A stretch of DNA of 32,000 nucleotides from Pseudomonadota bacterium (GTDB taxonomy: Bacteria; Pseudomonadota; Gammaproteobacteria; Burkholderiales; Burkholderiaceae_C): NCBI GenBank assembly GCA_046046915.1, contig JBJOIT010000009.1, positions 41,483-73,482 of the forward strand. Direction: 5' to 3'. The stretch's first letter is position 1; each line of letters starts with the position of its first letter. Below the pieces are notes generated by a model that saw only the letters and a program-made list of their open reading frames with translations, did no database searches and had not been told where the DNA came from. The position numbers and the translations under genes were made by a program. Shown here one piece after another: positions 17,237-27,442 of the stretch.

Positions 17237-17944
17237 TTACCATGCAGGGATCGTGCCTGCAGCCCGGCGCTGGGCCTCGGCCTCGACCATGGCCAGTGCG
17301 TAGGTCAGCAGGCGATCTGTGTAAGTGTCCAGCGCGGGTGGGCTGCTGATGAGCTGCGGGCACAGGGCGCCATAAACATCACCAGCCACATGCAGCATGA
17401 TGCCCAGACCAGTGATGGAAAAGGCCAAGCGGCGGATATCGTCGTCGACCTCTGCGACACCCAGATGACGGCAGAGCAAGTGGTTCAGCGCCTCGTGGGT
17501 GGGCCGGATGTTGTGATCGATTTCCTGCTGCCAGACCCCGGTGGGCTCCAGCATCTCCCGGAAGTGCAGCTTCATGCACTGTTGCTGCCGGTGATGCCCT
17601 TGCTTGAGGGGCTCCACAAAGTGACGCAGCATGCCCCCCAGCGCTTGGGCCAGGCCCAAGGCAGAGGCGTCGACGGCCTCAGGCGGTAGTGGCGGGTTAC
17701 CACGCGGGTCGGCAAACACCTCCCGGTACAGCCCGGCCTTGTCGCCAAAGTAATAGCTGATAGACGCAATATTGGTCTGGGCAGCCAGCGCAATTTCCCG
17801 CGTGGAGGTTTTTGCAAAACCTTTTTCTGCAAACAGCGCCAGCGCCGCGTCCAGCAAACGCTTGCGCGCCTCCACCCCATCGCTGCGCATGGCTTTGGCG
17901 CTGGCCTCAGGGGTGGACAGTTCGGCGGACATGGTGCGTGACAT
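17237..17944 (-). CDS. TetR/AcrR-family transcriptional regulator, first gene of the efflux operon
   Basis: 235-aa ORF with an N-terminal TetR HTH: RKRLLDAALALFAEKGFAKTSTREIALAAQTNIASISYYFGDKAGLY. It is 50 nt upstream of the OMF gene on the same strand. Confidence 0.9.
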   Translation of the reverse strand: MSRTMSAELSTPEASAKAMRSDGVEARKRLLDAALALFAEKGFAKTSTREIALAAQTNIASISYYFGDKAGLYREVFADPRGNPPLPPEAVDASALGLAQALGGMLRHFVEPLKQGHHRQQQCMKLHFREMLEPTGVWQQEIDHNIRPTHEALNHLLCRHLGVAEVDDDIRRLAFSITGLGIMLHVAGDVYGALCPQLISSPPALDTYTDRLLTYALAMVEAEAQRRAAGTIPAW

Positions 17945-17961
17945 GGGCCGCGATTCTAGTC

Positions 17962-17987
17962 AGTTAAATCAAACGATTGATTTAACT
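17962..17987. promoter_or_regulatory. Candidate TetR operator: AGTTAAATCAA-N4-TTGATTTAACT perfect inverted repeat
   Basis: 11-nt perfect arms (17962..17972 and 17977..17987) with a 4-nt spacer. It is AT-rich in a GC-rich genome. It begins 18 nt upstream of the tetR start codon, in the only intergenic space available for the operon promoter. Confidence 0.5.
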
Positions 17988-18031
17988 AGACCCCACTGGC
18001 CGGAGGGTCGTAAACCTCCCGGTGACAGTGA

Positions 18032-19096
18032 CTAGCGCCTGCTCGACAGGCGTGCCCCGCAGGACTCGCGGATCACCAGACGGGCGGGCAGCACGGTCTG
18101 GGTGGCTTGTTCGGGCAGGTCGCGCTTGAGCTGGGACATCAGCATCTGCATCGCGACCTTGCCGGAGCCAATGGGGTCTGTGCGCATGGTGGTCAGCGGG
18201 GGGGAGGCAAACGCGGCCAGGGGAATGTCATCGTAGCCCACCAGAGCCACGTCCTCGGGGATGCGCAGGCCAGCCTCGTTGAGTGCGCGGATCGCACCAA
18301 AGGCAATGGTGTCGTTGCCGGCAAACAAGGCTGTGAATTTCACGCCCCGGGCCAGCAGACGGCGCGTTGCTTCATAGCCGCTTTGCGCGCTGATGTCGGC
18401 GTATTCCACCCAGGAGGGGTCGGCATCAATGCCGTGATCGCTGAGAGCTGCCCGCCACCCCAGCTCCCGCTCGCTCACCGAGTCGTATTCCGGCTGAGCA
18501 AAGCTCACAAATGCAACGCGCTGGTGCCCCAGGCTGAGCAAATGGTTTACCACGGTTTGTGCTGCCGGGGCCGTGGTGCCGCCTATGGTGTGAAAGCGCG
18601 ACAGCTCCTTGCGGCCCGCCGTCATCACCACCATGGGAATGCCGGCCTCGGCCACGCGATCCAGGTGGTCGACTTCCGCCAGACGGGGGTTGGCCACCAC
18701 AAGGCCGTCGATGCGCCTTCCGCGCACCAGGTTGAGAAAGCCGCCGGGCTCGCGGCCATCGTCATCGGTGGACTCGATGAGCATCTTCAGGCCGTGCTGG
18801 TGGCATTCATCATTGATGGTGGCCACCAGCTGGGCCAGAAACGCATCCACGTACAGGTGTGAGGCCTTCGGGATGACCAGCGCCACGGTGCCCGTGCTGC
18901 CACTGGCCAGGCTACGCGCGGCCGCATTGGGCTGGTAACCCATCTCGCGGGCCACCGCCATCACCCGTGCCCGAGTGCTGTCGCTGATGCCCTGATCGCG
19001 CACGCCATTGAGCACAAAACTCACCGTGGTGCGAGACACCCCGGCCTGACGTGCGACCTGCGTACTGGTGGGAGGTCTCTTGCTTGCGGTGGCCAT
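18032..19096 (-). CDS. LacI/GalR-family transcriptional regulator
   Basis: 354-aa ORF. N-terminal HTH: STQVARQAGVSRTTVSFVLNG. A periplasmic-binding-protein-like sugar-binding core follows. It is 29 nt downstream of the GH4 gene on the same strand. Confidence 0.92.
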   Translation of the reverse strand: MATASKRPPTSTQVARQAGVSRTTVSFVLNGVRDQGISDSTRARVMAVAREMGYQPNAAARSLASGSTGTVALVIPKASHLYVDAFLAQLVATINDECHQHGLKMLIESTDDDGREPGGFLNLVRGRRIDGLVVANPRLAEVDHLDRVAEAGIPMVVMTAGRKELSRFHTIGGTTAPAAQTVVNHLLSLGHQRVAFVSFAQPEYDSVSERELGWRAALSDHGIDADPSWVEYADISAQSGYEATRRLLARGVKFTALFAGNDTIAFGAIRALNEAGLRIPEDVALVGYDDIPLAAFASPPLTTMRTDPIGSGKVAMQMLMSQLKRDLPEQATQTVLPARLVIRESCGARLSSRR

Positions 19097-19125
19097 AACA
19101 GGGGCGGGATCAGGAAGTCAGCAGG

Positions 19126-20541
19126 TCAGGGGTTAAGGTACTCCGGCAGAAAGGGCCGGTGCGCGGCCAGCAACTCGTCCACCATTGCCCGGATCTGCTC
19201 CAGATCCAGCACAGCGGCCGTGTGCGGGTCCAGCATGGCGGCATGGTACACGTGCTCCCGGTTCTGGCTGAGCACGGCCTCGACCACCAGCTCCTGCACA
19301 TTCACGTTGGTGCGCATCAGCGCCGCCAGTTGCACCGGCAGTTTGCCCACCCGTGTGGGCTGAACGCCCAGGGCATCGACCAGGCAGGGCACCTCGACCG
19401 CGCAGCCCTGGGGCAGGTTGTCGATGAGCTGCTCGTTGAGCACATTGCCGTAGATGACACGCGGTGTGCCGCTGACCATGGAGTGGATGATGCTGCCGCC
19501 GTACTCTACCGAGCGCTCGATCTTGTTCAGGCCTTCGAGCATGCGCGCCGCGCCCTGCACTTCGCGTGGCATGACGTGGATCTGGGCGGCTTCCAGTTCG
19601 GCGGCCAGTAGCTTGGCGTCCTGCGAGCCTGGTACTTCCAGCTCGCGCTCGATGTAGGGCCAGGCACGTTCGTACACCTGACAACGACCGGGGTACTCAT
19701 CCAGCGGAATATTGAACTTGTTGAGCAAATCCTCGCGGCCCTTCTTGATGAACCAGGGCACATACTCGGCAAAATGCTCACTCGACTCGGTGGGAAAGTG
19801 GCCCAACTGGTGCAGCATTTCGTAACGCACCCGGTTCCAGGCCGGCATACGTCCATCGCGATGAATCTCCAGCAGGCGCGGGTACAGATCCACGCCGTTG
19901 TGCTCAAAGCGCAGATAAAACGCCATGTGGTTGATGCCGGCGCAGGTGTAGCTGATCTCGTGGGCGGGAATGCCCAGATCCCTGGCCAACTCATGCGCGG
20001 TGCCCTGCACGCTGTGGCATAGGCCCACTGTCGGAATCCGGGTGGATGCACGGTTCAAAGCCCAGGTGATCATCGCCATGGGATTGACGTAGTTGAGGTG
20101 AATGGCGCCCTCGGCACACAGCTCTTCCATGTCGCGCAGCATCTCCAGCTGCACAGGGATCGTGCGCAGGCCGCGCATGATGCCGCCGATGCCCAGGGTG
20201 TCACCGATGGTTTGTTCCAGGCCGAATTTCTTGGGGATCTCGAAGTCCGTCACCGTGGCGGGACGGTAGCCGCCCACCTGGATGGTGCTGATCACAAAAC
20301 GGGCGCCGTCCAGGGCCGCGCGACGATCGGTGGTCGCGGTGATGGTGGGACGGGCCCCCACGCCACTGGCCATGCGATGCGCGACTTTTTCGGACAACTG
20401 CAGGCGATGGGCGTCTATATCGTGCAGGGCGATTTCGGCCTGCGCGAGTTCGGGGTAAGACAAGATGTCACCCAGCAGATTTCGGGTAAACACGGTGCTG
20501 CCGGCACCGATCAGGCATATTTTGAGGCGACGTTGGGCCAT
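19126..20541 (-). CDS. Glycoside hydrolase family 4 alpha-galactosidase/alpha-glucosidase (MelA-like, NAD+/Mn2+-dependent class)
   Basis: The track ORF extends to 20634. I prefer the ATG at 20541 so that the protein begins [22 protein letters not shown], the GH4 N-terminal Rossmann motif. It also has the conserved CHSVQGT Cys-His metal-site motif and a length of about 471 aa. No clear RBS exists for either start. Confidence 0.85.
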   Translation of the reverse strand: MAQRRLKICLIGAGSTVFTRNLLGDILSYPELAQAEIALHDIDAHRLQLSEKVAHRMASGVGARPTITATTDRRAALDGARFVISTIQVGGYRPATVTDFEIPKKFGLEQTIGDTLGIGGIMRGLRTIPVQLEMLRDMEELCAEGAIHLNYVNPMAMITWALNRASTRIPTVGLCHSVQGTAHELARDLGIPAHEISYTCAGINHMAFYLRFEHNGVDLYPRLLEIHRDGRMPAWNRVRYEMLHQLGHFPTESSEHFAEYVPWFIKKGREDLLNKFNIPLDEYPGRCQVYERAWPYIERELEVPGSQDAKLLAAELEAAQIHVMPREVQGAARMLEGLNKIERSVEYGGSIIHSMVSGTPRVIYGNVLNEQLIDNLPQGCAVEVPCLVDALGVQPTRVGKLPVQLAALMRTNVNVQELVVEAVLSQNREHVYHAAMLDPHTAAVLDLEQIRAMVDELLAAHRPFLPEYLNP

Positions 20542-20611
20542 GGAGTGAACTCTAGCTCTGTCAATAAACGAGGACGCCATGGCACGCGGCGTGCCGCGAA
20601 CCATGGCAGGG

Positions 20612-20629
20612 GTGCAGCCAAGGCTGCAC
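20612..20629 (-). promoter_or_regulatory. Intercistronic GC-rich stem-loop between the binding-protein gene and the GH4 gene
   Basis: GTGCAGCC-AA-GGCTGCAC has 8-nt perfect arms. A second palindrome, GGCACGC-G-GCGTGCC, lies at 20581..20595. Neither has a U-tract, so they are not classical intrinsic terminators. Confidence 0.3.
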
Positions 20630-20641
20630 TTCAAACTGGAC

Positions 20642-21940
20642 TTACTTGTTCAGTGCGTTGACCTTGGCGCTGGCCGCCTTCAGGGCATCAGCCGCCTTGG
20701 CTTTGCCCAGCAGGGCCGATTCGATGGCAGAGTTCACGATTTCATTGATCTGCGAACCGTTGTCGGCGATCGGGGCCAGGAAAGTCTGCTCCTTGGTCAT
20801 GGCCAGGAAAGCGGAAGAGTCCACGCCCTTGCCCTTCTGGGTTGCCACAGCCTTGTCAGCAGCACCCTGCACGGCTGGGAACACCACGCCAAAGCCAGCC
20901 ACGGTGTTCTGGCAATCAGCCGAGCCCAGGTACTTCACCCATTTCCAGGACTCTTCCTTGACCTTGGAGCCGACCCAGATGGAGTCTGCCAGACCGTTGA
21001 ACATGGTGGCGCGCTTGCCGCTGGGACCCTTGGGCAGGGGAATCCAGGCGTGTTCAAACTTTGCGTTTTCCTTGAAGTGGGTGATCATCCAGGAGCCCTG
21101 GGGCACGATGGCTGCCTTCTTGGCAACGAACATGGCATCCGAGCCCAGGCTCTTGGTGTTTTCCAAGGTGGCTGACACGCCCTTGCCCGGCAGACCGGCG
21201 AGGTAGTCAATGGTTTCAGCCAGCTTGGGGCTGTCGTAGTAGAACTTGCCATCCCAAGGCGCGTCTTGGAACTTGAAGCCATTGCTCACAGCAAAGTGGC
21301 TCCACTCGGTCTGGCCCATCATGCCACCGGTGCCCGGGTTCTGATAACCGTACACGGCAACGCTCTTCTTGTCGAAGTTGGGGCTGCTGGCGTTGTTGCC
21401 CTTGGCGTCCACCGTCAGTTTCTTGACGATCTGCTCAAAGCTGCCTCCATCCTTGGGGTTCCAGCTCATGTTTTGCAGGTCGGCCAGGCTCACCCCGGCT
21501 TTCTTGGCATGCTCCATATTGACGATGAAGGCGATGGTGTCCCAGTCTTTGGGCAAACCGTACTGCTTGCCACCACGGCCCCAGGTGTTGTACAGGCCGT
21601 TGGAATAGATGTCGGTCTTGACCTTGTCCCGGGCAATCAAGGGCGCCAGGTCCACCAGTTGGTTGTTCTTCGCAAATTCGGGGTACTTGGCCAAGTGGTC
21701 GGTGAACACGTCAGGCGCGGTGCCGGAGATAAAGCCCGTGGAGATGGCCGTCCAGTAGTCGTCCCATCCGGCCTGCGTGATTTTGATGGTGATGCCAGGG
21801 TTAGCCTTCTGGAAGTCGGCAGCACACTGCTGGTAGGCCGGGAGCTGGTTGGAGTCCCACAGCATGTATTTGACTTCAGCAGCCGAAGCGGCGCTGGCAG
21901 CCACGGCCACGGCGAGGAAAGGGAGGGTTTTTTTCAACAT
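20642..21940 (-). CDS. Sugar ABC transporter periplasmic substrate-binding protein (family 1 SBP)
   Basis: The track ORF extends to 22000. I prefer the ATG at 21940 (MLKKTLPFLAVAVAASAASAAEV, a Sec signal), which is preceded by AGGAGA at good spacing. The rest is typical of oligosaccharide-binding SBPs. Confidence 0.9.
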   Translation of the reverse strand: MLKKTLPFLAVAVAASAASAAEVKYMLWDSNQLPAYQQCAADFQKANPGITIKITQAGWDDYWTAISTGFISGTAPDVFTDHLAKYPEFAKNNQLVDLAPLIARDKVKTDIYSNGLYNTWGRGGKQYGLPKDWDTIAFIVNMEHAKKAGVSLADLQNMSWNPKDGGSFEQIVKKLTVDAKGNNASSPNFDKKSVAVYGYQNPGTGGMMGQTEWSHFAVSNGFKFQDAPWDGKFYYDSPKLAETIDYLAGLPGKGVSATLENTKSLGSDAMFVAKKAAIVPQGSWMITHFKENAKFEHAWIPLPKGPSGKRATMFNGLADSIWVGSKVKEESWKWVKYLGSADCQNTVAGFGVVFPAVQGAADKAVATQKGKGVDSSAFLAMTKEQTFLAPIADNGSQINEIVNSAIESALLGKAKAADALKAASAKVNALNK

Positions 21941-21996
21941 CAAATGTCTCCTGGTTAGGATGGTTGGGGGAACTCGGAAAACGCGAATGAACCGGC

Positions 21997-22917
21997 TCAT
22001 TTGCCACCGCTGAATTGCACTGACTCGACAACGCGTCGACCCAGTGCCATCAGCAGCAACACCGTAGGCAGCACAGTGATGGCGGTTGCCGCCATCAGGC
22101 CGGTCCAGTCCGGCTGCCCTTGGGGGGTTTGTGACTTGAAGGATTGCAAAGCCACAGGCAAGACTTGCTGGAGCTCATCTTTCGCCACCAGGTATGGCCA
22201 GAAGAACTCGTTCCACATATTGATGCCAGTGAGCGTGGCGATGGTGGCCAGGGGTGTGAGGCTTAAGGGCAGCACCACGCGCCAAAAAATGTAGAAGTGC
22301 GTGGCACCATCAAGTAGCGCTGCCTCTTCCAGGTCACGCGGCACGCTCAGAAAAAACTGGCGCAGGAAGAACACCGAGAAACCCTGCATCAGGCAAAAAG
22401 GCGCCACCATGCCAGCCATGGTGTTGAGCCAGCCCAGGTCCTTGATGAGGATGAAATTGGGAATGAAAGTCACCACGCCCGGCACCATCATTGAGGCCAC
22501 AAACAAGCCAAACAAGGTGGATCGCCCCGGAAACCTGAGCCGTGCGAAGGCATAGGACGCCATTGCGGCGCTGGTGGTCTGCAGCGTCACGATGATGAAA
22601 GTGAACAGCAGCGAATTGCCCAGCGCCCGCAAAAAGTTGATTTGCGCCCCCGAGCCACCCAGCGAGAGTGCCTCTTCGGTGCTGATCAGGCCCAGCACCT
22701 TTTTGAAATTGAGCCAAGTGGGATCTGGCGGAAACAGGGCTGTTGAGCTGGTGTACACATCTTTCGGGTGCATCAGCGCGGTCTTGACGACCATCCACAA
22801 AGGCGTCAGGGTGATGGCAATCATGGCCAAAAGCACCACCCAGGCCAAGATGCGACTGGCAGAAAAGGGACTCTGGCGATGCAGGCCGGGAACCGTGGTC
22901 ATGTAAGGAGCAGACAT
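21997..22917 (-). CDS. Sugar ABC transporter permease (MalG/UgpE-like)
   Basis: 306-aa ORF with six predicted TM segments. EAA loop motif: EAALLDGATHFYIFWRVVLPLS. It overlaps the track SBP ORF by 4 nt but ends 56 nt upstream of the preferred SBP start. Confidence 0.9.
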   Translation of the reverse strand: MSAPYMTTVPGLHRQSPFSASRILAWVVLLAMIAITLTPLWMVVKTALMHPKDVYTSSTALFPPDPTWLNFKKVLGLISTEEALSLGGSGAQINFLRALGNSLLFTFIIVTLQTTSAAMASYAFARLRFPGRSTLFGLFVASMMVPGVVTFIPNFILIKDLGWLNTMAGMVAPFCLMQGFSVFFLRQFFLSVPRDLEEAALLDGATHFYIFWRVVLPLSLTPLATIATLTGINMWNEFFWPYLVAKDELQQVLPVALQSFKSQTPQGQPDWTGLMAATAITVLPTVLLLMALGRRVVESVQFSGGK

Positions 22918-22927
22918 GAGACGTTCC

Positions 22928-23869
22928 TTAGGCCAGGTCGTTTTCGTTGGCGCGCATCACGCGCATTTGCACGATGGTGTAGGCCACCATCACGGCGCAC
23001 AGCGTCATGGACATGGCCGAGGCGTAGCCCATCTTGTAGAAAGCGAAGGCGTTTTGCACGATGTAGTGCACGATCACCCGCGTGGAGTCCAGCGGGCCAC
23101 CGTTGGTGGTAACGGCAATGGTGTCGAAGATCTGAAAGGAGCCGGTCACACTGGTAACCAGCACAAACACCATCACTGGGCGCAGCAGCGGCAGCGTGAT
23201 GCGACGGAACATCTGCCACTCGGTGGCGCCTTCCAGCGCGGCGGCCTCGTACAAATGGCGCGGAATGTTTTGCAGACCCGCCAAAAACAGCATGGCGACC
23301 AGGCCCATGTGACGCCAGATGTTGACCCCCGCCACCGTCAGCAGCGATGAGTCCAGCCCCCCAAAAAACGGCATGCGCTCGAAGCCGGCCATCACGATGT
23401 AGTGATTGATCAGGCCCAGAAACGGGTCGAGCATCCACAACCAGATCATGGCCACCAGCACGTTCGACAGCAGGTAGGGCAAGAGCACGATGGACTTGAC
23501 GAACAGCGAGCGGGTCAGCCGGTCCATGGCCACTGCCAAGAACAGGCCCAGCACCGTCTGCAGCGGAATGTTGAGCAGCACGTAGTAGGCCGACAGCTTC
23601 ATGCCGTTCCAGAACTTGCCGTCCTCGAGCATCCGGGCGTAGTTGTCCAGACCCACAAAGTTGGGTTCACGCAGCAAGTTCCAGTCGGTCAGGCTGATCT
23701 GGATGGCACGTAACGTGGGCCAGGCATAAAACACCAGAAAGCCGATCAGGGCTGGTAACACCAGTGCCCAGGCGGTCAAGGTCTCGGCGCGGCGAGACAC
23801 GCTCAGAGCACCTGGGCGCTTGTGAAAAATGGGCGCCTGCGCAGGGCGCGTGGCGGTCGAAAAGGTCAT
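22928..23869 (-). CDS. Sugar ABC transporter permease (MalF/UgpA-like)
   Basis: The track ORF begins at a GTG at 23920. I prefer the ATG at 23869 (MTFSTATRP...) because the candidate operator at 23914..23927 would otherwise lie inside the gene. EAA loop: EAAALEGATEWQMFRRITLPLLRP. The start choice is uncertain. Confidence 0.88.
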   Translation of the reverse strand: MTFSTATRPAQAPIFHKRPGALSVSRRAETLTAWALVLPALIGFLVFYAWPTLRAIQISLTDWNLLREPNFVGLDNYARMLEDGKFWNGMKLSAYYVLLNIPLQTVLGLFLAVAMDRLTRSLFVKSIVLLPYLLSNVLVAMIWLWMLDPFLGLINHYIVMAGFERMPFFGGLDSSLLTVAGVNIWRHMGLVAMLFLAGLQNIPRHLYEAAALEGATEWQMFRRITLPLLRPVMVFVLVTSVTGSFQIFDTIAVTTNGGPLDSTRVIVHYIVQNAFAFYKMGYASAMSMTLCAVMVAYTIVQMRVMRANENDLA

Positions 23870-23913
23870 CAGGTCTTTCTGTTGGACGGGTTGCGATGGC
23901 TCACTTGGATTAC

Positions 23914-23927
23914 CTAACACGCATTAG
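23914..23927. promoter_or_regulatory. Candidate LacI-family operator half of a pair: CTAACACGCATTAG
   Basis: 14-nt imperfect palindrome with a central CG. It shares the CTAAC-N4-(G/A)TTAG frame with the site at 24070..24083. It lies in the AT-rich divergent promoter region, on the permease side. Confidence 0.35.
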
Positions 23928-24069
23928 TTAAATTCATTATTTGTCGACTACAGAACTTCGGATACTCGGGAAAACACCTAGAAAACTTGAAATTTGCTGA
24001 ATTTTTTAGCAAGGCACTGCCAATGACTGCTATTTTTTATCTCGCATCAGGGTTTTCCCTCGTTCGAGA

Positions 24070-24083
24070 CTAACTCGGGTTAG
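24070..24083. promoter_or_regulatory. Candidate LacI-family operator: CTAACTCGGGTTAG (core of GACTAACTCGGGTTAGTC)
   Basis: The 18-nt sequence at 24068..24085 matches its own reverse complement at 16/18 positions, with a central CG. It lies 62 nt upstream of the ATPase start codon. Confidence 0.4.
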
Positions 24084-24145
24084 TCGCATAATTCGTCTCA
24101 TCGTCAAACCCCGGCCGGCTTGGTCGGCATTGCCAGCAAAACGCC

Positions 24146-25297
<1,152 letters not shown>

Positions 25298-25314
25298 GCC
25301 CACAAAATCTACCC

Positions 25315-27345
25315 ATGCAACTCGGTGTTTGCTACTACCCAGAACACTGGCCCGAGGCTTGGTGGCCCGATGACGCTCTGCGCATGCGTGAGATGGGCAT
25401 CTCGGTGGTACGCATCGCCGAATTTGCCTGGAGTCGCATCGAGCCCAGCCCCGGCGTGTTCGACTGGGCCTGGCTGGACCGCGCCATAGACACCTTGCAT
25501 GCGCAAGGCCTGGGCGTGGTGATGTGCACACCCACGGCCACACCGCCCAAATGGCTGATCGACGCCGAGCCCGATATCCTCGCCTGGGACGAGCAAGGCC
25601 GGCCTCGCGGCTTTGGCTCGCGTCGGCACTACTGTTTTTCCAGCTCTGCTTACCGCACCCAGTCACGGCGCATCACCCAAGCCGTGGCCCAGCGCTATGG
25701 CGGGCACCCTGCCGTGGTGGCCTGGCAGACCGACAACGAATACGGTTGCCATGACACCATTTTGAGCACCTCGGCGGCTGCGCGCAGCGGCTTTCGGCGC
25801 TGGCTGGCTCAGCGTTACGGCACCGTGGATGCGCTCAACACCGCCTGGGGCACCGTGTTCTGGAGCCAGGAGTACCGCAGTTTTGACGAAGTGGACCTGC
25901 CCGTGGGCACGGTCACAGAAGCCAACCCCTCGCAACGGCTGGACTGGCGTCGCTTTGCCTCCGACGAAGTGGTGGCCTTCAACCGTGAGCAGGTCGACAT
26001 CTTGCGGGCCTGCTCTCCCGGCCGTCCCGTGTCGCACAACTTCATGGGATTTTTCACCGAGTTCAACCACCACGATGTGGCCGCCGACCTGGACATTGCC
26101 ACCTGGGACAGCTACCCGCTGGGCTTCACCCAAAACTTCTTTTTGACTGCCGCAGAGAAAGTGCGCTGGGCCCGAACCGGCCACCCGGACATCCCCGCCT
26201 TCCACCACGATCTGTACCGTGGCATGTGCCACAGCCGGCTGCCTGGTGCGCCCGCCCATGGGCGCTGGTGGGTGATGGAGCAACAGCCCGGCCCTGTGAA
26301 CTGGGCGCAGTGGAACCCCGCCCCACTGGACGGCATGGTGCGCCTGTGGACCTGGCAAGCCTTCGCGCACGGTGCGGAGGTAGTGAGCTATTTCCGCTGG
26401 CGCCAGGCCCCCTTTGCGCAGGAACAAATGCACACCGGCCTGCACCGTCCAGACCGCAGCCTGGACCAGGGCGGCATCGAGGCAGCGCAGGTGGGCCTGG
26501 AGCTGCAGGCGCTGGCCGCTCACTTGCAGGGCACGGATCCGAGCAATGGCCTGGGCCATCACCTGGGCATCGTGGCCTCCGTGGCGCTGGTGTTCGATTA
26601 CGAATCCCTATGGATGAGCCAGATTCAGGCGCAGGGCCAGGACTACAACGCCCTGGAACTGTGCTTTCGCATTTACAGCGTGCTGCGCGGTCTGGGACTG
26701 GATGTGGACATCGTCAGCCCGCGCGCCGCACTTGACGCCTATCGACTGGTGGTGCTGCCAGCTCAACTGCAGGTACCAGACACCTTGCTGCAGCACCTGA
26801 GCACGAGCACTGCGCAGCTGGTGCTGGGGCCGCGAGCGGGTGCCAAGACACCCGATTTGCAAAGCCCGCCCCAGCTGGCGCCCGGCAAGTTGCAAAACTT
26901 GTGCGGTGTGCAGGTGCAGCGCGTGGCCTCGCTGCCGCCGGGGTGGACCGAGGCCGTGCGCTGGCACCAGGCCGGCGAGACTGCTTGCACCGCCACACGC
27001 TGGCGCGAAGACTGGCTGCTGCAGGGCGCCGAGGCCGAGGCCTTATTCGACGATGGCCGCGCCGCCGTTGCCCGCCTGGGGCGCACCCGCAGCGTCGCAG
27101 CCTGGCTGGACGACGCAGGTTGGCAGCAGGTGCTGACCCGTGCCGCACGGGATGCCGGCCTGAGTCCCCTGAACCTGCCCGACACACTGCGCCTGAGCCG
27201 CCTGGGGGACCTGAGCGTGGTGTGCAACTTTTCGACGCAGCCGGTGAGCTGGGCACCCCCAGGCGCGGCCCAGGCCTTGCTGGGCAGTGAGCAGCTTGGC
27301 GCCTGTGACCTTGCGGTGTGGCGCCATAGCGCCCCTGGGCCTTGA
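25315..27345 (+). CDS. Glycoside hydrolase family 42 beta-galactosidase
   Basis: The track ORF starts at 25198, inside the ATPase gene. I prefer the ATG at 25315, which gives MQLGVCYYPEHWPE, the canonical GH42 N-terminus. Acid/base region: WQTDNEYGCH. Nucleophile region: WWVMEQQPGPVNW. Length is about 676 aa. Confidence 0.9.
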   Translation: MQLGVCYYPEHWPEAWWPDDALRMREMGISVVRIAEFAWSRIEPSPGVFDWAWLDRAIDTLHAQGLGVVMCTPTATPPKWLIDAEPDILAWDEQGRPRGFGSRRHYCFSSSAYRTQSRRITQAVAQRYGGHPAVVAWQTDNEYGCHDTILSTSAAARSGFRRWLAQRYGTVDALNTAWGTVFWSQEYRSFDEVDLPVGTVTEANPSQRLDWRRFASDEVVAFNREQVDILRACSPGRPVSHNFMGFFTEFNHHDVAADLDIATWDSYPLGFTQNFFLTAAEKVRWARTGHPDIPAFHHDLYRGMCHSRLPGAPAHGRWWVMEQQPGPVNWAQWNPAPLDGMVRLWTWQAFAHGAEVVSYFRWRQAPFAQEQMHTGLHRPDRSLDQGGIEAAQVGLELQALAAHLQGTDPSNGLGHHLGIVASVALVFDYESLWMSQIQAQGQDYNALELCFRIYSVLRGLGLDVDIVSPRAALDAYRLVVLPAQLQVPDTLLQHLSTSTAQLVLGPRAGAKTPDLQSPPQLAPGKLQNLCGVQVQRVASLPPGWTEAVRWHQAGETACTATRWREDWLLQGAEAEALFDDGRAAVARLGRTRSVAAWLDDAGWQQVLTRAARDAGLSPLNLPDTLRLSRLGDLSVVCNFSTQPVSWAPPGAAQALLGSEQLGACDLAVWRHSAPGP

Positions 27346-27442
27346 CAGCTCATCTTTGGCAGCCGTTTTTCTTGATGCCCCCTTGATGACAATACCGTTT
27401 CTACCCAGCTTTAACGCTGGTTCAACGCCGGGTTAAAACACC

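Noticed and set aside
20542-20634. 31-codon N-terminal extension of the GH4 ORF
   Set aside because: GH4 enzymes begin immediately with the Rossmann motif (M..KI..IGAGS). The extension (MKCSLGCTPAMVRGTPRAMASSFIDRARVHS) is not family-like and covers the intercistronic hairpin region.
27400-27442. Adjacent direct repeats TTAACGCTGG / TCAACGCCGG upstream of the GH36 gene, as a possible regulator site
   Set aside because: They are short and imperfect, with no second occurrence in the window. They do not match the CTAAC-N4-GTTAG motif, so support is insufficient.
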